Origin: Epiperipatus broadwayi
Lineage: Eukaryota; Animalia; Onychophora
Length of the DNA: 64,000 nt
Direction of reading: 5' to 3'
Assembly: GCA_028023455.1 (NCBI GenBank)
Contig: JAQFVV010000007.1
Span: forward strand, 12,214,001-12,278,000
Part shown: piece after piece, positions 53,229 through 64,000 of the stretch
Layout of the letters: each line of letters opens with the position of its first letter
Numbering within the stretch: position 1 is the first letter of the stretch
Made by a program: the position numbers and the translations under genes
The notes under the pieces: generated by a model
Databases searched by the model: none
Told to the model about the DNA's origin: nothing
What the model saw: the letters and a program-made list of their open reading frames with translations, nothing else

Positions 53229-55380
53229 GTAAGTAGGCAATATACAGACATTTTGATAACCTTCTAGCATTCATTTATTACTATGACTTGAACTAGGTGG
53301 CAATATTATATGGATATGATTGTTATCTATGGTAAAGCTCCCTGAATCCACATGCTTGTTTTCAAGATGGCTTCTCATTACCATAGCTTAAGTTCTTAAA
53401 ACTCTCCTATCATTTTTATTTAGCACTTAATTTTCACATCCATTGAAAGACAACAAAAATGTGATGCTTTGAACAATTCATATATTTGTTTTGAAGGATA
53501 GGTCAGTTTAACTTTACATTGTATTTGTTGATTAATGGCTTATGAATTATCCAAGGTAGCAACTTTCTTCATCCTAAGATTCAAACTCAACTTCTGATTT
53601 GGTTATTGAGTCAAATAATGCATTGGCTGAAATGCAAAGAGCTGAATGTGACCAATAGTTATTAATGCTGCTATTTTCTATCGAACTCATAATGACTGCA
53701 TTTATTCTATATTATTTCTATGGATATATAAAAATATGAACTATTATCCCAGCACCAACTTCTGAACAAATGCAAACAATTGACTTTTTTTAAACGATTT
53801 TCATATATCAGCATTTGCAATTGTATACTCAATCATGCTTGATGATAGAATAAATAATTAAATAGTTTATTACTTAGGAAGCCACAAGAAATTCTAACAT
53901 CAGAAGTGACATTTGTAATCACAATTTATGGATTCCACTGTCCATAACTCCAGTGCATCAAATGAAGCAAGGGAAAAATAATTGTATGGTTTGTTTCAAA
54001 GTTTATTGGAAGTTTAAGTACCAGAAATACAAAACTAGGCCATCAATCATGGAACTTCAGTTTCAAATTGACTATTCTACATCTGCACAAAATTATATAG
54101 AGCAAATAAAAATGAAATTGTTTATTATCTTAAAGGTCATAAAATGTTTGATCCCTAGAAGCTCGCCATGAATGTTGACTGTTTAACTCTAGAATCTGGT
54201 ATTACATTAATCCATGGGAGCATATTTAACAATCATCATCGTATCAAACATCCCAAATCAAGAAAACATTTTTGAAAACAGAGTAAAAATTAAAAAAATA
54301 TTTATAAACCAAAACTAAATAATCCTGCACTTTGAAATCCCCATCAATTTCAAAATTCTTAAACGAAAGCAAATTTTCACATTGATGAAATATATAATTC
54401 ATAATAGATTTTTTTTGAAAGTTTTTTTTCTAATAACTCCAAGAAAAATATTACTTCTAAAAGTACAAAATTCATTTGAAGAAAATATTATGTTAATATT
54501 AAAGTCTCTTTGTCTACCAGTGACATCAATATAAGTCTTCAAGACTATTATAATGGATTTAAAGTTCTGCTACAAAATTATTACATTTATTGTACCATAT
54601 CTAGAAATAAATATTAATTCTCTGGGAATAGAAGTCAAATAATGAATAAAGCATTGGAGATAATAAATTTATTTTTCAGCTAATTATAACACATGATAAA
54701 TCAATTTTCATCAATAAAACTGTTCATTTCATAAACAAATTATATTATTTACCTTCCCAAGATTAAACAGCTGCTGCTGTGGTACATTTAATTTTGGCAT
54801 AATGTTTCTACCAAAAAATTTAGTCTGTAAATCCAACAGCATGTAGTTATTACTTACATGTGTTGGCGGAATTCAACATAATAGTTACTATTTTCCAACC
54901 ATGAAAACATATTCTATTTATTATTTGTTTTCTGTAATAATGTATGTATTCTCCATTTTCAAAAACTAACAAATTAGTACAATTTTTTTTAGCTATAACA
55001 ATAAAGATGGAATATTTTTCCAACACCAACCATATTTATCCATTATACATCAATGATATATATATATTCCAAGATAATTTTGGATAGTCCATTTGAATCC
55101 TATCTTGAAAGGCATATATGTTTTCCTAAGTAGGAATTCATATGCCATAATGCTATTACATCATTCTAAGAAATAGTTGCTCAATAAAATCAAAATACTT
55201 AAATTATTGCAGTAAAGGAGACTTTAAAGAAGTGTTTGACAATATACATTTTTTTTATATTCTTACAAACTAAGACTTTTTTTACTCTTATTATTGCAAC
55301 ATTTTCAGTGTATATAATAGGCAAAATTATTAATTAAGTTACCATAAACAATGAACCAATTACTCTATTTCAATAAGATA

Positions 55381-55562
55381 AATTCTGTAAAGGTTTCTAG
55401 ATATCAAAAATTGATAAATATGAATCTTCTATGAAATTTTTTAGTATAAATTTAAAAAAAACTATTTCTCAATTCTGTAAAGGTTTTCAGATATCAAAAA
55501 TTGATAAATATGAATCTTCTATGAAATTTTTTAGTATAAATTTAAAAAAAATATATTTCTCT
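55381..55562. repeat. Tandem duplication, about 90-bp unit
   Basis: aattctgtaaaggttt..ttttctc occurs twice. Confidence 0.9.
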
Positions 55563-56144
55563 TATCTTAGTTGTGTCACCTAATGTAAGCTTGAATTATT
55601 AATAGAGGCAGATCATATTTTTTTAAAATACTTACCCTGCACTGTCATATACATCTAAGACTACTTCCATAATTCAAAAGTTTTGGACTGGACTATGTAA
55701 CATTTAGATTTTTGGATTTTTTTCCAGGAGACAGAAAGTAAAGACTTGTCAGGGATATAGGCAGGGCAATTTTGGGTAAGGATATATTTTAAGCACTATC
55801 ATCTGTTACCTATTGATTATTCAAACTTATACTATGCATCAGAAATGAAAAAGCTAGAGATATGTGGAGTTTTGTTTTATCCAGAATTAAAGTAATGACA
55901 ATAATAATATTATCTTCAAAATGCCATGATATTATATAAGATTCCAGCTGCTAGCCATCTTTATTTGATTTTAGATATTAACAAAAACTCACAGTTTAAT
56001 TGCAGTCAGTGGTACTATCATTGTATATTTTTGTCTGAGTCTTTCTCTATAACTCCACCAATAAGAATGCTATGACAGTAAAGCATGGCAGGGGTGTCAA
56101 AAATCCATACAACAAAACAAAAATGCAGTTAAGAAGAATTGTTA

Positions 56145-56647
56145 TTAAACCACTAAACATCACATGATCACCATTTCCTATGATTGCACTGAGTGGCACT
56201 ACTGTATGATCTTTTCCTGTTTTAATAACAGTTATGAGTAAGCATAGGAAATGGTGATCATGTGATGTTTAGTAGTTTAATACCAATCCTGCCTAATAGG
56301 ATAGTGATAGCTATGGTTATTCAAAAACCAAAGACAAGATGTATGGGTACTGAACTGATTTCAGACCTATATGACTATATAAGCTAGTGAGCTTGGATTT
56401 GAAATATTACTGTGTTTTCAATTATTCTCATAGTTTTGTAGTTAAGTAGAGACAAAAGATGACTGCCGGAGGGTTGCATTAGATTCTAAGATCCAGGTGC
56501 AGTGCTCTCAGATCCATGGTTCCTCACTGATGAAAGCCACAAGCTAAAAACTAGTCTGGGGATGTTGGTTGAGTAGGCACTAGATAGGGATTTTATGCAT
56601 AAGCCTTCTGGCATCCATTGATTACTCTGGTTTGCACTGTGTGGCAC
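56145..56647 (+). mobile_element. Family R copy (ribozyme-sense on +) with a 5' inverted segment
   Basis: Reverse complement of the 15951-16420 unit. 38-bp inverted arms at 56145-56182 and 56243-56280. Confidence 0.85.
56520..56563 (+). ncRNA. Family R hammerhead with a core G-to-A change (GAAA to AAAA), predicted inactive
   Basis: TTCCTCA-CTGATGA-AAGC(CACAA)GCTA-AAAA-CTAG-TC^TGGGGAT. Confidence 0.75.
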
Positions 56648-56999
56648 TAATTTAAGAATTGTTATGGTAAACTTATTTTGATTACATTCACCCATACATA
56701 TAACCCTAGTAAGTATACAACATGAAATATTTTGTATATGTGTCAAAAGTGAAGACTATTTCACCTTTGCATAAACAATATTAAAAAGCATATCAGCCAC
56801 TCATATGTTTAATTCTCAAGCAGTCCCCATTTTGTAAAGGTTGTCAATTAAATCTATAACAACAATATATCTTAGTAAATAATCACAGTCTTCTTACACT
56901 TTTAAGCAAATAATTTTTATTAATATAATGACAGTTTTGGCTGTTCTCAGTCTTCTGAGCAATAGATTGAGATCTGAAAAAGACTGTGAGGAACAGTCG

Positions 57000-58200
57000 A
57001 AACTGTTATTATATTAATAAAAATTATTTGCTTAAAGGTGTAAGAAGACTGTGATTATTTAATAAGATATACTGTTGTATATGAATAAGCAAATTTACTG
57101 AAGAAGAAGAAGAAATAAATATATATAGAATTATATAAATGTATGAATTCTCTGATATTGTTTGTGTGGAAGTCGGAGAAATTTTCCTATGTATATATTT
57201 ATGCGTATGATGAATAAGAGAAATATTTTTAGTCACAAATAATTAGCGATAAATAAAAAATCAGATTTGTATGTGGTCATTGTGTTCGGGATTTGGTCTG
57301 ATATTTTGTAGTGTTGTTCCAATAAGCTTCTTTTGGTTGCGTTACTACATAAATGACTGGTTTGTGACTAAACACAACTTTTACTTGTGATAAAGAATGC
57401 TTATTTGTCGCACTGTTGTAATGCAACATTTATTACAATTTACTAACATCTCGTTTTATTATAGCCATTTTTCTTAATCTGATATTAATTCTATAAAGTT
57501 CTTTTTATCCCGATCTTTTTGTTAAATATAAAAACTATAGATTTTTACTCTCGTTTTCCCTAATGCCGTTTCTCCAGGTAAATAAATCGTATTTTACTTT
57601 TTACAGATTTTTATTCATAACTGGACTTTTTTTTATTGTTCTTTATTTTTTCCTTTATATATTTTTTTCCTAAGTAAAAGAACCTTTGAACTTTATTTTT
57701 TCATTTTTATTATTATTTATTTTATTTATAAAGACTGTAAATATTTTTGACATACAAAGAAAGATAGATTGAATTTTTTGATTTATTCTTTCACATACAC
57801 AAATACAATTAGTTGTCTTAGACTTTTTTTTTTCTAATAATTGTTTTGCTAAAAATATATATAAAAAAAGACAATTCCATAAAAATGATATTTACGCTAT
57901 ATTTTATTGCTTGTATGATATATGTTTATATTTTATTGCGTAAATGATATATATTTAGAGTACATCAGTTGTTTTCATATTAAATATGGGATTTCTCACA
58001 ACAATCTAGATAATCCTTTAGGAACAATAAAAAATGTGTCTATAGGTATAAGTCAATATTTGGAGTATCAACAGCTAATAAAATTTTTTGGAAAGTTTAC
58101 TAACATATATATCTTATAATAATGCGGAAGTACTGAAAACCCCCATCAAGCTATATGTAAACCGTCTATAAACGCAAGTTATAGAATGAGCCTACTGAAA
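57000..58200. promoter_or_regulatory. CpG-retaining region with a plus-strand donor CAG|gtaaat at 57578, candidate promoter / first exon
   Basis: CpG density and one good donor site. Confidence 0.3.
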
Positions 58201-58489
58201 CTTGAGCTTGGATTATATATAAACATATTATTTATAGACATATTGATATGCAGAGTGTGGGTTGTATATATACTAACATAAATATATGACAATTATATGT
58301 GATCCAACCTAAAGTATCAGTGGTCTCATTCAATACCTGTGATTATTTCACATATATTTGAGCTGTGAAAAAGTTATATTTACAACATAGTAGATAAAAT
58401 TAATCATATAATTATACTGAGGTGGAATGCTTTTGGTATAAATGAAAAGAAAGATTTTAAAGAATATATTTTATCTGTACTTACTTATG

Positions 58490-58870
58490 GATCTGAAAAA
58501 TTGGATGTTTAATAGGACAGCAATAATATTTCAGACAACTCAATAAAGAATGGTGAGATATGTATGTTAAGTATAACAAGAAGATATTGAAAATAAAGCA
58601 CATGACTGAGAGAAGAAATGTAAGGCTAAAATCATTTGAAAGAATTATAGAAAGGTGAAATAAAACTGGACTGGACACATTGCTAGAAAGAATATGTCAG
58701 TTGAAGTCTTAAACTAGGTACTGAGAGATTTAAAAGATGTAAAAAAAGACCATTTGAGAGATGGATTGATAAAATAAAATGGTTTGCTGTGCTGTGATGA
58801 GAGTTGCTAGGAGTCAGAGAAGTTGAATTATACATGGAGAGACCTACATCCTGAATTGTTTTGATAATAA
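58490..58870 (+). mobile_element. RTE-like LINE 3' fragment
   Basis: Remnants of YGSE, NWTGHIAR and RWIDKIK. Resembles the 3' part of the element at 40510-41000. Confidence 0.7.
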
Positions 58871-59660
58871 TTGAAAAATGAAATAAAGGCCCTGATTTAA
58901 TAGAGTAAGCTAATTTCTAGATCTATTTCAATAAATTTGAAAAAGATCTCAAGTCCATCATCTATAAACTTAATTCACCAATATTATTAAATCTTTCCAA
59001 TTGGTAACTTTTCAACTTGAAGTTTTTATATTGCCTATGAAACTCTACATTTACAAGCAAAATAATAAAGGAAATCTTTGATTCTATTGATATTTTGTAT
59101 AAGTTTAATTTAGGGATAATGCTGCAGACTCCAGAATCAATGGCCAAACCCTGTCATTTCTCATGAGTAATACATTATTTGACTGATTCATTTTCTTGAT
59201 CAAGTCTGTTACTAATGATACAATCATTGACAAGGTTTAGTAAAGCTAAATATAGCCTATACCCATATCCATGTGTTTTTTATAGGTCCTATACCCCACT
59301 AACATGATATGTCTAAAAATATTAATTTGGCAATTTGTAACTGTTGAATATAACATGAAGGGTAGCATGACAATTGTATTAAAATTTTTAACCATCAAGT
59401 AAACTAAATGATTACTCACTCTTACAATAGATCCTACTTTGGGAGTGTGTGATGTGATGAAGTAAGTTAAGGTGGCAATATAGATGGTAATTTAAGTATT
59501 TGATAACCCTTGTTCACCTGAGAGATAAAGTTTGTTTTCATAATTTGTCCATAAATTCAGTGGTAGGGTTGAGATAAAGGGTGTAGCAATAAAACCAAAA
59601 ACAATTAAAAATGTCTTTGCAGTTCAATGGATACTCAATGTTCCATAAGATGTTAAAGAT

Positions 59661-59785
59661 AAATTAAGACAAATCACTATCTTATGAGAGGATTGATGTA
59701 ATGAAATATATTAAGGTGTTCAAAATGAATTAAGACAAATCTCTATCTTATGAGAGGATTGATGTAATGAAATATATTAAAGTGT
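59661..59785. repeat. Tandem duplication, about 65-bp unit
   Basis: aattaagacaaatc.ctatcttatgagaggattgatgtaatgaaatatattaa occurs twice. Confidence 0.85.
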
Positions 59786-62159
59786 CAGATGTGGAGATTT
59801 AGATAATTGATAACCTAACTTGCATGAAAAGGGAAGATTGATCATGAAATACATGTAGAATGAAGGAAGGTGGCTGTGCTTTTATGCTAATGGTGGTTGG
59901 ATATGATGGGTTGAGATAAGAAATATACTGATAAAAACCAAAAAGACCTGAAAATAACTAGTAAACAGTTCAACCATTTGCAGTTATGCCATATCAAATT
60001 ATCACTTGTAACTGTAAAATAATCTCAAATATGACATTGAATTGAAATCGGATATCTCCATGGTCTCTTTTTATAATGATTCCTATTTGGTTAAACAATC
60101 TTTTAGAGCCAATCTTTTCATGCATAAAAATTAAATAATGCATTGCATGGGCAATGACATTTCTATATATATTTCTAACATTTTTTGATCAATGTTTAGT
60201 TCCACTAACATGGCCATTAAAAATTCTTTAAAATACATTAACATAACCTGACAATTACAAACAACAAATGAAAAAATCAATTTCAATAGATCTCAATTGT
60301 TGGAGCTTACAGTAGAAAATACTTAGGCTGAATAGTAATTCCGATGTCATGCAATAAACTTTCATTTAATGATCTTTCATTTAATGATCTTTCATTTCGA
60401 AAGAGTTGCATTCTTTTTATATTTTAAAGTAATCTACAAATATTTAAAAATTAAAGTAACAATGTGAGTTTTAAAAATTGTAAGCTATTGTATGCAAATG
60501 TTATCTTATAGTGAAGACTTGAAAACTCTCCACCAAGAAAAGTTTAAACATTTTAAGTACGTGCATTTCAAAAAAAGGTACAAAAAATATTTATTTTGTT
60601 ACTTTTCCATCATTTATTTTCAATTATTTTTATTTCTTTAATGAACAGTCTTCTGACATTAGTAACCTGGCACAATTTTGGAAACCAGAACAGATTTAAA
60701 ACAGGTACTCTTTATAGTTTTTTTTATGTTTGGTTATATAGAATTTTTCAAACATACACTCATTTCCTGAGCAAAAATCCTGTCCTAGTTTTAAATAAAT
60801 AAATTTTTATACAAGATTTGGTTGTGTTACCTTGCAGAAGATCATAGATTTCAGGATATGAGTTGGTATATATATATATATATATATTTAAGTATTTCTT
60901 TTGTATGGTTGAGAGCATGCTGTTTTACATATCTACAAAATATCACATGACTTAATTTTTTAAATCAGCATTAGATGGAAGATCTGATGAAGTGATAGAT
61001 TTGTTACATAATCATATATACTGCCATACAAAATAAGATTGAACATAGAATTCCTATGCATGTAATTAAAAGATATAAATGTCATTGTACAAAAGTGCAA
61101 TCCTTTGTTAATGCTTGTGCAGAAAGATATTCAGTAGCATTGAAATAATGATGATGGTTAAGCTGAATTACAAAGTAAATGAAGGCAGTAAAAAATGAAT
61201 TATATTGAGGGAGGATGAAAAAGAAAGCAAATGTCAGAAAAGATTATATTCAATTTTTGATACAACAACATTATTCATTATGATGTTGCATACCGATTAT
61301 TGATTAGCTCTTTTATCTGATAATTATTCCACTATGTCTTAACGAATAATTGTTGCTGTTTGCTTGATATTGGACTCAGCTTAAATATTGGCAAACACAT
61401 TAACTCAAACTACAAATGCCAAAAACTAAAACAGTTATTAAAGTAAACAAATTACACCAAATTCAGAATTGATAAAACTAGACAATTTTAGTTTCATGAC
61501 CAATTGTATCATCACTGAGTCATACCTTCAGTATTATGACATTGACTTCCATTCTGAAGGGTTGGTTTACCTATACAAAGCTGTGGCTTTGCATGGACAA
61601 AAGTTTGGAACTATCTTTGTACATTTTGAGGCATGCAAGCTTAGTCACCTGCCACCAAGACACTAAATCCCGGGCTCATTCTTTTGCCTCTATGTATCAT
61701 ATTAGTCCTTCTAGGCTGTGCCATGCAAGATGAGTCAATATTGAACTTCTACCTCTCTGAATACCATTCAATGTATCCTATGTCTAATTTTATCACAATC
61801 TGTAACCAAATTTTAGAATAAAATATTCTATATTTTATAAAAAAATAACAAAAAAAAACATTTTTTTACTGGTCTCCTATTTCATAATTCCATCTAACGT
61901 TTCATTTACTTTATTATTAAAAATAAATGATTCTGAAGCTAATAACTTATTTAAAAGTTATTTTGATATTAAAAGAAGTGCCCACCAAAGTTGTCTTCTA
62001 CGAAAACAATAAATTAAAAAGAATTAAAGAATTTTTATTATTGAAAATTTATGTTAAAAGTTACTGGAATGTTAAGTAGAATTACGGGATAGTAGTTTAG
62101 TATAAATTTATTTTGTGTTGGTTACAGTCTGCTAGAACAGTGAAACTATTGGGTGTGAA

Positions 62160-64000
62160 CTTTTTTTTTTATAAAAATATATATTTATTTATTTATTTAA
62201 AGTATATTCTTTATTAATAACACAAATTTTATATACACTTTTTACAAATAAACCACATGGCTTAACTATCAGATATACATAATAATTATTTCACTCTACT
62301 TTAAAAACACTACCCTATGCAAATGCAAAGAACATCACTATATATCCAGGTCTTCTATAAATATTTTGATTTGGATTATCAATCCCACACTTCACATAGT
62401 GTCAGCATACATCCACACCATATTTTGATCATAATTTTCTTCGGTAGGTATCTTAGGCATTGATTAAACTATTTGCTCCAATCTTTATCTAGTTTTTTTT
62501 AACCAGTTATACTTTTTATTATCAAAGATTACATTACATTATATGGACCATATTGTTTTTAATGTATGTATTATTTCCAATGTATTATGTGGATTAAAGA
62601 TCACAAAGTTTCTTTTTACTATTTTATTTAAGTTTATTACTGGTTTATGAAACAATTTATTTCTAGTGTGCCAGAGGACCTTACACTCCTCAATTAAGTG
62701 CAACAAGCTATCTTCCTTTATTTTACATAATATGCATATTGGTTCCAAGTTCATATGGACCCTACTATTCAGCAGGGTCTTAGTAGGAAGGAGGCCATTT
62801 AGAAACCTAAACGTAAACCTAATGTACGATTGTGGTGCACCCATCTGTTGCAATTTCTTCAATATATTATTTATATTTAATCCAGGTAAAAATCTTTCTA
62901 TACTTCATGCATTACTTCCCAGGTTTTTTATCTCTCTATATTTAACCTCTTCCAAACTAATCAAGTCTAGATTGTCCTGTAAATCCCTGTATGCTATCCT
63001 CAGGTCGGCAAAAAAATTTCCTTTCCCTAGTTCATGGTAGATGTTAACTTCAATCAGTGGAGGGTCAAAGCATTTATCTTTAATGACATTTATATATGTA
63101 TTAGCTTTGATAAATATAATATATTCTTTTAGGTCAATTAAGTTAAGACCTCCCTTATTAATAGATAACTGTAATGTTGAGATCGAAACTAGATTTATTG
63201 CCCTTCCCCATATATATTTCTTTGCCATTCTATAGATCTTACTTGTTGGGTTATAAAGGTCAATCCATGGGGGGTAATAGTTCAATACACCCATTGTTAT
63301 AGCATTATATACTCTAGCCCTTGTAACTTCATAAAGTTTTAATGATGAGAAATTGTTTATCCTTGTGGCTATCTTTTCTATAATTAATTTATTTAAATAT
63401 CTGTTGAGGTCTTTGAGTTATATAATGGTATTCTTAGAAAATCTGTTGGTGTGATAAGGAATTCACAGGGCATTTTTTTTCCCTGTGGCCAATTGCCATG
63501 CTGCAGATTTTGCCAGTTGAACAGAAGATCCAGTTTGTTCTTGAAATTTATTGAGTATGCTCATCACAAATTGGATGTTGTAGGCATTTTGAAAAATTAT
63601 TATTAGATCATCAATAAAGGCAACAACTCCTACCTTCACCCCAAGATGCAGTAAATATATACCTGTAATCTTACCTTCTATATCTTTTACTAGAGGATCT
63701 ATACATATTGCAAAAAGCAATTCAGCCAATGGTGAAACCTGAGGAATCCCTTTGTTTGGTATAAAGAAATCAGATTGCCTTATATAATTTTTAATTGAAA
63801 TCCTGTTATTACTAATGCAGTTTTCAATTGTGTTTACCAACATACCATGCTCAGGTATTAATTAGCGCATTTACCCTTGACTGCATGATATACCTTTGAA
63901 ATCTTAGAGAAAACCAAAGAATGAAGTCTCTTCAATAGTATCCTAGCTAGTATCTTTGGGTCTATGTCTTCTATTGATATATGTCTTAGATCTTCTAATG
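62160..64000 (-). mobile_element. Degraded L1/Tx1-like LINE (RT to 3' end), continues beyond the window
   Basis: KGIPQVSPLAELLFAICIDPL, VAFIDDLIII and CILCKIKEDSLLHLIEEC. A-rich tail at about 62160-62220. Confidence 0.9.

Noticed and set aside
55636-55670. Minus-strand MEVVLDVYDSAG|gtaagt resembling a Ras G3 box
   Set aside because: There is an in-frame stop just upstream, the acceptor is poor, and no G1, G4 or convincing following exon was found.
57080-57230. Possible pogo/CENP-B HTH fragment (FTEEEEEI...)
   Set aside because: Driven by a (GAA)n run, and the downstream motif is absent.
57950-60870. Chain of small phase-compatible plus-strand exons (about 57960, 59430, 60656, 60837)
   Set aside because: Such micro-exons arise easily by chance in AT-rich DNA, and the joined peptide is unrecognisable.

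Overview
AT-rich, CpG-depleted animal genomic DNA with spliceosomal-type signals, long (TA)n/(TAT)n tracts and a 500-N scaffold gap; an arthropod source is only a guess. Repeats dominate. They include two degraded L1/Tx1-like LINEs (1-3706 +, about 62160-64000 -), a near-intact LINE with a 615-aa RT ORF (about 37500-39955 -), RTE-like LINE remnants, several MITE-like hairpins, a 30-bp minisatellite and a tRNA-Gly(TCC) pseudogene. Short CpG-retaining patches probably mark promoters of several small-exon host genes that I can only partly reconstruct and cannot name. The main result is two unrelated dispersed repeat families that each carry a minimal type I hammerhead ribozyme with a palindromic stem III. 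Family R has a monomer of about 436-452 nt in head-to-tail tandem, with one core-intact ribozyme at 16097-16140 (-). Family F2 has four decayed copies whose CpG-decay pattern and stem II compensatory change reconstruct a canonical hammerhead. The tandem and 5'-inverted layouts fit retrozyme / Penelope-like element biology. The class is known; whether these families are new, or active, cannot be shown from sequence alone.
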